This document shows, piece after piece, positions 37,621 to 47,689 of a stretch of 64,000 nt of DNA (the first letter of the stretch is position 1; each line of letters begins with the position of its first letter). The stretch is from the IMG/VR virus record IMGVR_UViG_3300017728_002360. One strand, given 5' to 3'. Below the pieces are notes generated by a model. The model had not been told where the DNA came from. It searched no databases and was given only the letters and a program-made list of their open reading frames with translations. The stretch is from a virus. Both the position numbers and the translations under genes were made by a program.

Positions 37621-40302
37621 ATGAGCTACGTAGATGCACAATTCGATCGTGACCAAGACGTTATAAGAGTAGTAGAACGTAAAGAAGGTAAACGACATTT
37701 CACAGAATATCCTGTAAAGTACACTTTCTATTATAAAGATCAAAGAGGAAAGTATAAAAGTATTTACGGTGATCCCCTAAATAGAATAGTAGCTAGAAAT
37801 ACAAAGCAGTTTAGAAAAGAACTTGCTATAAATCAAAACAAAGAATTATTTGAGAGTGATGTCAATCCAATATTCCAATGCTTGAGTGAGCAATACTTAA
37901 ATGTAGATGCTCCTAAACTAAACGTTTGCTTTTTTGATATTGAGACTGACTTTGATCCAGAAAGAGGATTTGCTGATCCAAGCGATCCGTTTATGCCAAT
38001 AACTGCAATCACAGTACACTTACAATGGCTAGATAGTCTTGTAACATTTGCACTTCCTCCTAAGACACTTACAATGGAAGAAGCAAAAGAACAATGCAAA
38101 GAATTCCCTAATACATACTTGTATGAAAAAGAAGGTGATATGCTTGAAGCATTTCTTGATATCATACAAGACGCAGACATACTAACTGGTTGGAACAGTG
38201 AAGGTTATGATATTCCTTATACTGTAAACAGAGTGAAACGTGTATTGAGCAAAGATGACACAAGACGTTTTTGTTTATGGAAACAACTTCCTAAGAAACG
38301 TGAGTATGAGAAGTATGGTAAGAAGGCTGAAACCTATGACCTAATAGGTAGAGTGCATTTAGATAGTTTAGAATTATATCGTAAATACACATATGAAGAA
38401 CGACACACATATAGACTTGACGCTATTGGCGAACTTGAGATCGGTGAAAACAAAACTGTTTACGAAGGTACACTCGATCAACTTTATAACAATGACTTCA
38501 AGACATTCATTGAGTACAACAGACAAGACGTTGCACTACTGGACAAGCTGGACAAAAAACTAAGGTTTATTGATCTTAGTAATGAACTAGCTCATGCAAA
38601 TACTGTTTTGCTACAGACCACAATGGGTGCAGTAGCAGTTACAGAACAAGCAATTATTAATGAAGCACATCACAGAGGACTACAGGTTCCTAACAGGCCT
38701 AAACGTGACGAAGAAAATACTGCGGCGGCAGGTGCCTATGTTGCATTTCCTAAAAAAGGTTTACACAAATGGATAGGTTCAATGGACTTGAACAGTCTAT
38801 ATCCTAGTGTTATTCGTGCATTGAATATGGATCCTGCAACTATTGTAGGACAACTACGTCCTGAACATACAGAAGCATTCGTGCAAGATCAAATGACATT
38901 ACAGAAGAAGTCGTTTGCAGGTGCATGGGAAGGTAAGTTCGGTACACTAGAGTATGAAGCAGTTATGGAGAAAAGAAAAGACTTCAACATAACAGTAGAC
39001 TTTGAGAACGGCGATAGCGAGATGTTAAGTGCCGCGGAAGTTAACAAACTAATATTTGACAGCAACCAACCATGGATGCTAACTGCTAACGGTACTATAC
39101 TAACTAACGAACACGATGGTGTTATTCCAGGCTTGTTAAAACGTTGGTATAGCGAACGTAAAGAGCTTCAAGCTATGAAAGGAAAAGCCATTGACGCAGG
39201 TAATAAAACAGAAATTGCGTTTTGGGATAAACGTCAGCTTGTTAAAAAAATTAATCTTAACAGTTTATACGGTGCTATTCTTAACCCTGGTTGCAGGTTT
39301 TTTGATAAACGCATTGGCCAAAGTACTACACTTACTGGTCGTGCTATCGCAAAACACATGAGTGCAGAAGTTAATAAAGTTATTACAGGCACATATGATC
39401 ACGTAGGAGATAGTATTATATATGGTGATACTGACTCTGTGTACTTTAGTGCATTTCCAATACTAAAGAAAGAGATTGAAGCAGGACAGATTCCTTGGAC
39501 AAAAGATAGTGTTATTAAACTTTATGATCAAGTATGTGAAGAAGCAAACAAAACATTTCCTAAATTTATGATGGATGCTTTTCATTGTCCTAAGAGCAGA
39601 TCAGATGTTATTGCGGCAGGTAGAGAGATTGTTGCAGAAAGCGGATTGTATATTACAAAGAAACGTTATGCGGCTTTGATATATGACAACGAAGGACAAC
39701 GTATGGACGTGGAAGGTAAAGATGGTAAGGTTAAAGCTATGGGCTTAGATCTTAAACGTTCTGATACTCCTGTGTTTATGCAAGACTTTCTAAGCGAACT
39801 ACTAATGATGGTGTTACAAGAAACTCCTGAAAAAGAGATACTAGATCGTATTAGTGAATTTAGAACAGAATTTAAACTACGTCCTGGTTATGAAAAAGGT
39901 TCACCTAAACGTGCAAACAGGATTGGTGATTATCAACGTAAGGAACAACGTGAAGGTAAAGCAAATATGCCTGGACACGTAAGAGCAAGTATCAATTGGA
40001 ATACACTTAAACGTATGAACAACGACAAGTATTCGCAAGAGATTGTAGATGGAATGAAAGTTATTGTATGTAAACTAAAACAAAATCCATTAGGCTATAC
40101 AAGTGTTGCTTATCCTACAGATGAACTACGTATTCCTGAATGGTTCAAAGAACTTCCATTTGATGGAGATGCTATGGAGTCAACTATTATTGACAACAAG
40201 CTAGATAATTTAATTGGTGTGCTTAATTATGATGTTGCAAGTACACTACAAAAAAATACATTTAATAACCTATTTGACTTTGGAGGTGCAGATGAAAGCT
40301 AA
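37621..40302 (+). CDS. gp43: Family B DNA polymerase
   Basis: FDIETD exonuclease, DLNSLYPS, KINLNSLYG, YGDTDS, KKRYA. Confidence 0.96.
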   Translation: MSYVDAQFDRDQDVIRVVERKEGKRHFTEYPVKYTFYYKDQRGKYKSIYGDPLNRIVARNTKQFRKELAINQNKELFESDVNPIFQCLSEQYLNVDAPKLNVCFFDIETDFDPERGFADPSDPFMPITAITVHLQWLDSLVTFALPPKTLTMEEAKEQCKEFPNTYLYEKEGDMLEAFLDIIQDADILTGWNSEGYDIPYTVNRVKRVLSKDDTRRFCLWKQLPKKREYEKYGKKAETYDLIGRVHLDSLELYRKYTYEERHTYRLDAIGELEIGENKTVYEGTLDQLYNNDFKTFIEYNRQDVALLDKLDKKLRFIDLSNELAHANTVLLQTTMGAVAVTEQAIINEAHHRGLQVPNRPKRDEENTAAAGAYVAFPKKGLHKWIGSMDLNSLYPSVIRALNMDPATIVGQLRPEHTEAFVQDQMTLQKKSFAGAWEGKFGTLEYEAVMEKRKDFNITVDFENGDSEMLSAAEVNKLIFDSNQPWMLTANGTILTNEHDGVIPGLLKRWYSERKELQAMKGKAIDAGNKTEIAFWDKRQLVKKINLNSLYGAILNPGCRFFDKRIGQSTTLTGRAIAKHMSAEVNKVITGTYDHVGDSIIYGDTDSVYFSAFPILKKEIEAGQIPWTKDSVIKLYDQVCEEANKTFPKFMMDAFHCPKSRSDVIAAGREIVAESGLYITKKRYAALIYDNEGQRMDVEGKDGKVKAMGLDLKRSDTPVFMQDFLSELLMMVLQETPEKEILDRISEFRTEFKLRPGYEKGSPKRANRIGDYQRKEQREGKANMPGHVRASINWNTLKRMNNDKYSQEIVDGMKVIVCKLKQNPLGYTSVAYPTDELRIPEWFKELPFDGDAMESTIIDNKLDNLIGVLNYDVASTLQKNTFNNLFDFGGADES

Positions 40303-40420
40303 AAGAAATAGACTTGAAAGAAAGCTGGACGAGTACAATCATATAATGGAACTAGTAAGAACCATTGTGCCGATTGCAGTTTTAGTAATACAAGTAATCA
40401 TCTTAATGAAGTTGGTATAA
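40292..40420 (+). CDS. 42-aa membrane peptide
   Basis: SD GGAGG; C-terminal TM. Confidence 0.45.
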   Translation: MKAKRNRLERKLDEYNHIMELVRTIVPIAVLVIQVIILMKLV

Positions 40421-40421
40421 T

Positions 40422-40964
40422 ATGGCTGTACATGGAATGATAGACTTAGAGACACTAGGCGTTGAGCCAGATAGTGTTATCATCACCGTAGGTGCTATTA
40501 AGTTTGATCCATACACCGACGTTGAGCCTCATAGTGGTTTATATTTACGTTGTGACATTGAAGAACAGTCTGAAGAACTAGGTAGAACAATAGACGATAA
40601 CACAATGGAATGGTGGACTAAACAACCACAAAACATTCAGGACGAAGCATTTGGAGAACATAAAGACAGAGTTGATATGGATCAACTTACAAAAGCTCTA
40701 AATAAGTTCTGTGTAGGTGTTGATCAATTATGGTGCCAAGGACCATTGTTTGATTATGCTATACTACAAAACTTGTATAAGAATGTTGGCAAACCTTGTC
40801 CGTGGAACTTCTGGCAGATTAGAGACAGTAGAACTGTGTTTAGTATGATGCCAAGTGATCCACGTAAAGCAATACAAGAAGAAATGCACAATGCACTTGC
40901 TGACTGTTACTACCAAGCAAAATGTATTCAATCAACCTTCAAACACTTTGGAGTTAAAAAATGA
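40422..40964 (+). CDS. DEDDh 3'-5' exonuclease
   Basis: MIDLETLG, FDYAIL, RDSRT, HNALADC. Confidence 0.85.
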   Translation: MAVHGMIDLETLGVEPDSVIITVGAIKFDPYTDVEPHSGLYLRCDIEEQSEELGRTIDDNTMEWWTKQPQNIQDEAFGEHKDRVDMDQLTKALNKFCVGVDQLWCQGPLFDYAILQNLYKNVGKPCPWNFWQIRDSRTVFSMMPSDPRKAIQEEMHNALADCYYQAKCIQSTFKHFGVKK

Positions 40965-41161
40965 AGTACAAAGCAAAGAGTAATATACTAAAGAAAGGTA
41001 ACGATAGTATTTCCTTTAGTGTAAACAGACGTAAGAAAGTTGCACACATAGGTTATTATTATGAATACGATAAACACAAAGAAGATGTCATTTGTAGTCT
41101 ACCGGACGCAGATGATAGATATGAAAGTGCCATCAAGGCAGGATATAAGGTAGCATTTTGA
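40961..41161 (+). CDS. Hypothetical protein
   Basis: 66 aa, overlaps both neighbours. Confidence 0.5.
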   Translation: MKYKAKSNILKKGNDSISFSVNRRKKVAHIGYYYEYDKHKEDVICSLPDADDRYESAIKAGYKVAF

Positions 41162-41889
41162 AAATATTATTAACAGGAAGTAAGGGGTTTTTAGGTAGCC
41201 ACCTTGTCAAAAAATTGACGGCTCATCAGGTACATTGTATCGATAGAGCTGATGGCAAAGACTTACTTACCTGTGATTTAAACTATGACGTTGATCTAGT
41301 AATACATCTAGCAGGTGAAAGTGGTATAGCTAAAAGTTTAGACCACCCAGAACTGTATTGGGAAAACAATGTTATAGCAACAAAAAGATTATTTGATCAT
41401 TTCAAAGGCACAAAGATTATGTATGCAAGTTCTAGTACTGCAAAAGAACCAAACAGAAATCCTTATGCTATGACAAAATACACATTAGAAAAACTTGCAC
41501 CACATACAAGTACAGGACTACGTTTTTGCACTATATACAGTAACAGTCAGCAAAGGCCTAATATGTTCGTACCTCGTTTACTACGGAAAGAAATAGAGTA
41601 TATTCATACTAATCATAAACGAGACTTTATCCATATAGATGATGTTTGTAGTGCCATTACGTTTCTTATGAATCGTGAAGCACACGGTGTATATGATATT
41701 GGAACGGGTATAAGCACACCCCTAAAAGAGATTACGGATTTTTTCGATATAAACGTTGAAGAAAAGATCGGTGGTGAAAACGAAAGGTTATGCAATAAAG
41801 CTGACATTTCGAAATTAACAGACTTTGGTTGGAAACCTCAAATTAAATTATTTGAGTACTTAAAGTCGCAAAAGGACTTGACTTTATGA
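41158..41889 (+). CDS. NAD-dependent nucleotide-sugar epimerase/dehydratase
   Basis: LTGSKGFLG, HLAG, YAMTK, RDFIHIDDV. Confidence 0.85.
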   Translation: MKILLTGSKGFLGSHLVKKLTAHQVHCIDRADGKDLLTCDLNYDVDLVIHLAGESGIAKSLDHPELYWENNVIATKRLFDHFKGTKIMYASSSTAKEPNRNPYAMTKYTLEKLAPHTSTGLRFCTIYSNSQQRPNMFVPRLLRKEIEYIHTNHKRDFIHIDDVCSAITFLMNREAHGVYDIGTGISTPLKEITDFFDINVEEKIGGENERLCNKADISKLTDFGWKPQIKLFEYLKSQKDLTL

Positions 41890-41906
41890 CAAAAGTTATG
41901 TACAAT
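41878..41906 (+). promoter_or_regulatory. Sigma70-type promoter for clamp/TGT operon
   Basis: TTGACT-17nt-TACAAT. Confidence 0.7.
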
Positions 41907-41926
41907 ATAACAATGGAGAAAAATCA

Positions 41927-42658
41927 ATGAAAGATATCTTACAAGACGTGGTTGCACATACACACTCGCTAGGTTTTCTTAATCTAGTAAAGGTTACGGG
42001 AGATGATGCAAATACACAAATCGAAAGTATGGCAGAAGACAGAAGTGTTATTCTAACTGCTGATACTAAAAATCCTGTGACAGAGTTCGCGGCAACCTTT
42101 GGTATGCCTAACTTAGATAAACTGGCTTTACACTTAAAGAATCCAGAGTATCAAAAGAACGCAAAACTTTCTGTAGAGAAAGCAACTAGGAACGGAGCAG
42201 AAGTTCCGACACACATTCACTTTGAGAATGAAGCAGGTGACTTCCAGAATGATTATAGATTTATGAATCAGGAGATCATTAATGAGAAACTTAAAAGTGT
42301 TAAGTTTAAAGGTGCTAGTTGGGAAGTAGAATTAGAGCCAACTATTGCAAGTATTACAAGAATGAAATTGCAAAGTGCGGCACACACAGAAGAAACTGTG
42401 TTTACTGTTAAAACTGAGAATAACAATCTTGTGTTTTACTTTGGTGATCATAGTACACACGCAGGATCATTTGATTTTGCAAAAGGTATTACAGGTGAAC
42501 TTAAACACGCATGGAGTTGGCCGGTAGCACAGGTACAATCAATTCTAGGACTAGATGGAAAACTTACAATGAAGATTTCCGATCAAGGTGCTATGCAAAT
42601 TAGTGTTGATAGCGGAATGGGTGTATACAATTACATTTTGCCTGCACAATCTAAGTAG
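41927..42658 (+). CDS. Probable DNA sliding clamp (gp45/PCNA-like)
   Basis: 243 aa, two-domain alpha/beta pattern, ends YNYILPAQ; polymerase and loader present. Confidence 0.55.
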   Translation: MKDILQDVVAHTHSLGFLNLVKVTGDDANTQIESMAEDRSVILTADTKNPVTEFAATFGMPNLDKLALHLKNPEYQKNAKLSVEKATRNGAEVPTHIHFENEAGDFQNDYRFMNQEIINEKLKSVKFKGASWEVELEPTIASITRMKLQSAAHTEETVFTVKTENNNLVFYFGDHSTHAGSFDFAKGITGELKHAWSWPVAQVQSILGLDGKLTMKISDQGAMQISVDSGMGVYNYILPAQSK

Positions 42659-42667
42659 GAGAAGTGA

Positions 42668-44212
42668 GTGAATACGAATCTAACTAATGCACAAAAAGAC
42701 TACGCAGTATTTCTCCCTGCCATTAGTGGGTTCTTTGCAACGTTTGTAGGCAAACAACGTTATGAGGAATATGTTGAGAAAAGTAGAATACCAAAGAACT
42801 TTCCGACTGAAGTAGAAAGCATGAACTGGCTTGAACCTAAAGCTAGTATGTTTCAATATCACTGGAGTTTATATTCGGCAGGACACGCCGAGTTAGATGT
42901 AAACAAAGACTCGCCTAAAGAGGATATGATCCGTAATAGAGATCGTAACAACAGTTGGTTGTTAGGAGACTCAGGTGGTTTCCAAATAGGTAAGGGTGTA
43001 TGGGAAGGTGACTGGAAAGATCCTAATTGTCCTAAAGCTAAAAAGAAACGTGAACAAGTCCTTACGTGGATGGACGCATATATGGATTATGGTATGATAC
43101 TTGATATTCCTGCCTGGGTGTCAAGAAGCCCTGCTGGTGCAAAAGCAACGGGTATTGACAACTATCAGGATGCCGTAAACGCCACTCGTATTAACAACGA
43201 TTACTTTATGAAAAACCGTAATGGTAATTGTAAGTTCCTAAATGTATTACAAGGTGAAAATCATACAGATGCTGAAGATTGGTATCAGCAAATGAAAGAC
43301 TACTGTGATCCTAAGAAATATACAGATCACTTTAATGGTTGGTCCATGGGTGGCCAGAATATGTGTGATATTCATTTAGTATTAAAAAGATTAGTAGCAC
43401 TACGTTTTGATGGTTTACTAGAAAAAGGAAAGCATGACTTTATGCACTTCCTAGGTACAAGTAAACTAGAGTGGGCTACTTTATTAACCGATGTACAACG
43501 AGCAGTTCGTAAATACCATAACGAAAACTATACTGTAACGTTTGATTGTGCAAGTCCTTTCTTAGCAACTGCTAACGGACAACTGTACATTCAAACAGAA
43601 ACAAATGATAGAACTAAATGGGTTTATAGAATGGTTCCAAGTATTGATGATAAGAAGTATTCAAGCGATACTAGAAACTTCCGTGACGCAGTATTGGCAG
43701 ATGGCATCTTTAAAAACTTTACAGACAGTCCGATAACAAAAGGATTAACTGTTAAAGATATTTGCATCTATGCTCCAGGAGACCTAAATAAGATAGGTAA
43801 AGAAGGTAAGACTAGTTGGGATAGCTTTAGTTATGCTATTCAGATGGGTCATAACGTATGGAGTCATATTAATGCAGTACAAGAAGCTAATAGATGCTAC
43901 GACAACGGTATATATCCTAGTATGCTAGTACAGGAGAAGTTCGATAGATTATACTTTAGAGATGTTATAGATGCCATTTTTGCAACTGATGACAGAGATA
44001 AAGCAAATCAAATTGTCGAAGAGTTCTCAAGATTCTGGATGTCAATCATTGGCACTAGAGGGGCAACTGGTAAGAAGACTGTAAATGCACAAACACATTT
44101 TAACGCATTGTTTGATGACGCAGATAGCACACCGGTTGTTGAAGAAACAAACGTTGAAGATTTACAGGAAAGTAAATTGGAGGAGTTAGAACATGAGCAA
44201 CAAAGCAAGTAA
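42668..44212 (+). CDS. TGT-fold transglycosylase (DpdA-like)
   Basis: GDSGGFQ, LDIP, VLQG, GWSMGG, HFLG, TFDCAS; no CxCxxC Zn site. Confidence 0.75.
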   Translation: MNTNLTNAQKDYAVFLPAISGFFATFVGKQRYEEYVEKSRIPKNFPTEVESMNWLEPKASMFQYHWSLYSAGHAELDVNKDSPKEDMIRNRDRNNSWLLGDSGGFQIGKGVWEGDWKDPNCPKAKKKREQVLTWMDAYMDYGMILDIPAWVSRSPAGAKATGIDNYQDAVNATRINNDYFMKNRNGNCKFLNVLQGENHTDAEDWYQQMKDYCDPKKYTDHFNGWSMGGQNMCDIHLVLKRLVALRFDGLLEKGKHDFMHFLGTSKLEWATLLTDVQRAVRKYHNENYTVTFDCASPFLATANGQLYIQTETNDRTKWVYRMVPSIDDKKYSSDTRNFRDAVLADGIFKNFTDSPITKGLTVKDICIYAPGDLNKIGKEGKTSWDSFSYAIQMGHNVWSHINAVQEANRCYDNGIYPSMLVQEKFDRLYFRDVIDAIFATDDRDKANQIVEEFSRFWMSIIGTRGATGKKTVNAQTHFNALFDDADSTPVVEETNVEDLQESKLEELEHEQQSK

Positions 44213-44378
44213 GAGTGAAAAGAAACTACAAGAAGAACACAAATGGTATGACAAGATCACAGGATCACTTACGAAGGAACGTAAGTTTGATAGGTCTTGG
44301 CAAACAGAAGAGCTTTTAAAAAGAACTAAAAAAATTAAATTAGCAATCAAAGATAAGATAGAAAATACTAAAAAATGA
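44193..44378 (+). CDS. Small basic coiled-coil protein
   Basis: 61 aa, SD GGAGG. Confidence 0.5.
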   Translation: MSNKASKSEKKLQEEHKWYDKITGSLTKERKFDRSWQTEELLKRTKKIKLAIKDKIENTKK

Positions 44379-44959
44379 ACGCAACTGCACTATTTTCAAC
44401 TTTATTATTAGAGGAACATCTTGATTTAGATAACGAGTCTGTTAAACAGGCTTGTTATGATATCCAACAAGACAATCCACATAATGAACAAGAAGGTGGT
44501 TGGCAGAGCGATTGGCTTTTAGATGATGATAGATTTAACAGTCTTAAACACGCAGTCGATGATATGGCTAAGAAAGTGCAAGAAGAATACTATAATCTTA
44601 ATTGTACTATAGAAAGAAAAGCTGAATGGATAAACATTAACTATCCGCAAGGTGCAGAAACTAATATCAATCAAGTTCATATGCACGATAGAAATGTTTT
44701 AAGTTTTGTTTACTATGTACAAGCAGATAATGATTGTGGTAACCTAACTTTGTTTGCACCACATCAGCTATATGATTATGCAGTTCCGTATAGATATATT
44801 AAACAACCTAATGAATGGAATAGCACTAGGTTTAGAATACAACCACAAGCAGGCAAGTTGGTTTGTTTTCCAAGTTACTTGTTACATAATGCTAATGCAA
44901 ACAAAAGCAAAAGAGATAGGATTAGTATTGCATTTAACGGAGACATAAATGAAACGTGA
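44375..44959 (+). CDS. 2OG-Fe(II) oxygenase-like protein (HxH type)
   Basis: GGWQS, HMH, LSFVYYV, FPSYLLH, RISIAFN. Confidence 0.8.
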   Translation: MNATALFSTLLLEEHLDLDNESVKQACYDIQQDNPHNEQEGGWQSDWLLDDDRFNSLKHAVDDMAKKVQEEYYNLNCTIERKAEWININYPQGAETNINQVHMHDRNVLSFVYYVQADNDCGNLTLFAPHQLYDYAVPYRYIKQPNEWNSTRFRIQPQAGKLVCFPSYLLHNANANKSKRDRISIAFNGDINET

Positions 44960-45503
44960 TTACACAGACGGCGAACAAGATAACGTAACGTTGTTTACTG
45001 GTGTTGAAGTAGAACATACTCCTGCATACGGACAAAGGACTTTGTTTGTAGTAGGAATACATAATCCAATTGACTTGATGCAAAAAGCAAGAGAACAAGA
45101 CTGTACACACATTTACTTAGGTGCTAATCAAAGTTTTAATCCTGATCCAAAGAATACAGATAACATAGAAGACTGGCATGATATGATTAGTGTTCTTTTA
45201 GACGAGAATTGGTTAGTTACACTAGACTATGATGTTAAGTATCATGAACTTGTATTAGATAACTTACACGAATCTAGTCAACCATTTTCTACAGTGAACA
45301 GTAATTTTATTCCGCAGATCAGTGTTAAGATTCCAAACATATCTGAATTAAGCTATAATGCTTGTATTAAGATTGACGACACTGACTTTAACCATTCGAA
45401 CCCAGGTGTATGGGTTCATCAAGTACACGACTTAATGGATCGTTCAAAATTTACAGATTGGACACAATATACCAAAGACAAACCAATAAAAGAGGTTGAT
45501 TAA
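44949..45503 (+). CDS. Unknown protein within the deazaguanine cluster
   Basis: FTGVEVEHTPAYG, HIYLGANQSF, KIDDTDF.HSNPGVW. Confidence 0.65.
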   Translation: MKRDYTDGEQDNVTLFTGVEVEHTPAYGQRTLFVVGIHNPIDLMQKAREQDCTHIYLGANQSFNPDPKNTDNIEDWHDMISVLLDENWLVTLDYDVKYHELVLDNLHESSQPFSTVNSNFIPQISVKIPNISELSYNACIKIDDTDFNHSNPGVWVHQVHDLMDRSKFTDWTQYTKDKPIKEVD

Positions 45504-45981
45504 TACTATGGATGATGTTACAATAAAAGAACTTAAACATTTGTCTACAGACGAGTTTATTAGGCAAAAATACAAAGAGGAAGGCAAAGCAAAGACTATG
45601 GATAATGCAAAGAGAATGATTTGGGTTACTTTTAGAAAAGAAGGTATTCACAAATATCCTGCGGCACTTGACGATCCTAAACTTGCAACAGGCGACGAGT
45701 ATGATGTTTCATTTTTAGGCTACCCACACAGACATATTTTTCATTTTAAAGTTGCTATTGAAGTATTCCACGATGACAGAGATATTGAATTTATTCAGTT
45801 CAAACGTTGGTTGGAAAAAATGTATAGCGAAAAGACTTTAGAACTTGATTATAAATCTTGCGAAATGATCAGTGATGATTTATGGGCTAAGATTAATGAA
45901 AAGTATCCAGGAAGAGAAGTTCACATTGACGTAAGTGAAGATGGAGAGAATGGTGCTCACATCGTATACGCAAAATACTAG
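45496..45981 (+). CDS. QueD-paralogue T-fold protein (DpdL-like)
   Basis: EGIH, LGYPHRHIF (LxxxHRHxF rather than QueD CxxxHGH), SCE, VSEDGENGA. Confidence 0.65.
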   Translation: MINTMDDVTIKELKHLSTDEFIRQKYKEEGKAKTMDNAKRMIWVTFRKEGIHKYPAALDDPKLATGDEYDVSFLGYPHRHIFHFKVAIEVFHDDRDIEFIQFKRWLEKMYSEKTLELDYKSCEMISDDLWAKINEKYPGREVHIDVSEDGENGAHIVYAKY

Positions 45982-45994
45982 AGGAGATATTGAC

Positions 45995-46210
45995 GTGTCA
46001 TATTTTGCTAAGAACCCCGAAGTCGTAAAAATCTTTGACGACTTAGACAAGTTTCGTGACTTTTGTCGTTTCGAAGGTTACAGATTTAATGAAAAAGATC
46101 TGTATAGTGAAAAGGCTAGAGCTTATCAGGCTTTTTTAGATCCTGTAAAAGCTCGTAAAGAAAGACGTGAGAAGAAACAAGCACGTTTTAAGAAAAGGAG
46201 ATATAATTGA
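45995..46210 (+). CDS. Small basic protein
   Basis: SD GAGGAG, GTG start. Confidence 0.55.
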   Translation: MSYFAKNPEVVKIFDDLDKFRDFCRFEGYRFNEKDLYSEKARAYQAFLDPVKARKERREKKQARFKKRRYN

Positions 46211-47271
46211 TATATATTGTAGATATTGAAGCAGTTGATACACGTTACACAAAGCAGTGGAAGGAATATCTTCCAAAGCAATTAAAACGTGCTACCAACA
46301 AAGAAGTTCAAGTAATTAACGGAGGTGACACTCCACAGGCAACAACACCTGGTGCTTTCTTAAACTTTGGCGGAACAAATGTCTACAAGAGTAAGCAGTT
46401 AGAAATTATAGGGGAAATGTTCTGTGCAGGACAAGTTAAGGACGGCGATTATTTTCTCTATACCGATGCCTGGAATCCTACAGTTATTCAACTACGGTAT
46501 ATGGCAGAACTATTGGGTGTTGACATTCGCATTGGTGGTTTGTGGCACGCAGGTAGTTATGATCCACAAGACTTTTTAGGTAGACTTATAGGTGACAAAC
46601 CTTGGGTTAGAAATGCAGAACGTTCTATGTTTGAATGTTATGATAACAACTTCTTTGCAAGTGACTTTCATATAGATATGTTTGTAGAAGCATTTTGGGG
46701 AGTAGCTAAACAATTAAACAATGGTAAGGTACAACGTGTAGGTTGGCCTATGGAATACTTACGTAACAGTTTAGATAGTTATAGAGGTATGCCTAAGGAA
46801 AATATTATACTGTTTCCGCATAGGATTGCTCCTGAGAAACAACCTGAAATATTTAGAGATTTAAGAACACACTTACCAGACTGTGAGCTTATTATATGTC
46901 AAGAACAAGAACTTTCTAAGATGGAATATCATAACTTGTTAGGTAGAGCAAAGCTAGTGTTTAGTGCTAACTTACAAGAAACATTAGGTATTAGTTGGTA
47001 TGAAGGTGCTATAGTAGACACACTACCAATGGTTCCAGATAGATTAAGTTACAGTGAAATGGCACTAGATGAATTTAAGTATCCAAGTCGATGGACTACA
47101 GATTTTAAAGAATACGAAGCAAATAGAGAACAACTTGTTAAAAGAATAAATGACTACATGATAAATTATGAAACTTATCTTCCAGCTTTACAAAAACAAG
47201 TTAAAAAATTACAAAACGACTTTTTTGCAGGTACTGAACTTTATGGAGCAATAAGCAATGACAAAGACTAG
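46207..47271 (+). CDS. GT-B glycosyltransferase (GT4-like)
   Basis: FPHRIAPEKQP and QETLGISWYEG (E-x7-E). Confidence 0.75.
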   Translation: MIYIVDIEAVDTRYTKQWKEYLPKQLKRATNKEVQVINGGDTPQATTPGAFLNFGGTNVYKSKQLEIIGEMFCAGQVKDGDYFLYTDAWNPTVIQLRYMAELLGVDIRIGGLWHAGSYDPQDFLGRLIGDKPWVRNAERSMFECYDNNFFASDFHIDMFVEAFWGVAKQLNNGKVQRVGWPMEYLRNSLDSYRGMPKENIILFPHRIAPEKQPEIFRDLRTHLPDCELIICQEQELSKMEYHNLLGRAKLVFSANLQETLGISWYEGAIVDTLPMVPDRLSYSEMALDEFKYPSRWTTDFKEYEANREQLVKRINDYMINYETYLPALQKQVKKLQNDFFAGTELYGAISNDKD

Positions 47272-47689
47272 TGATGATAAAAAATATACTATTAACATCG
47301 GTAAAAGTACAGTATCAGATACGGTATCAGTAGTTCCTTCAGTAACATATACGGCAGGTTCAACTGTAGGCGGCATTAATACTGTTGGCATTGATGCAGA
47401 TGATATAACTTTTTCTGGTTGTAGCACAGGTATTGCAACACCGCAGTATACATACACATTCGATTCTACAGTTGATACGTTATCAGGAGTGAATGATACG
47501 GGTGGCGAGTTTTCAATTAACTTTGATGACTTAGAAAGCAGACCTGAAGTATGGCCTTCACAACACACTATTGAAGAAATGATCAAAGAATATCCTGCAT
47601 TGGCTTTGCAGTATCATAGATTTATAGAGCTTTACAATTTATGTAAAGACGATTACTACAGTGGTAAACAAAATGATGAACTTTTTTAA
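47258..47689 (+). CDS. Thr/Ser-rich hypothetical protein
   Basis: 143 aa; low-complexity N-part, EYPAL helical C-part. Confidence 0.55.
   Translation: MTKTSDDKKYTINIGKSTVSDTVSVVPSVTYTAGSTVGGINTVGIDADDITFSGCSTGIATPQYTYTFDSTVDTLSGVNDTGGEFSINFDDLESRPEVWPSQHTIEEMIKEYPALALQYHRFIELYNLCKDDYYSGKQNDELF

Noticed and set aside
37621-40302. Intein or intron in the polymerase
   Set aside because: Continuous 893-aa ORF of normal size; no splicing or homing-endonuclease motifs
45496-45981. Calling this gene canonical queD
   Set aside because: Lacks the CxxxHGH catalytic motif; kept as a paralogue
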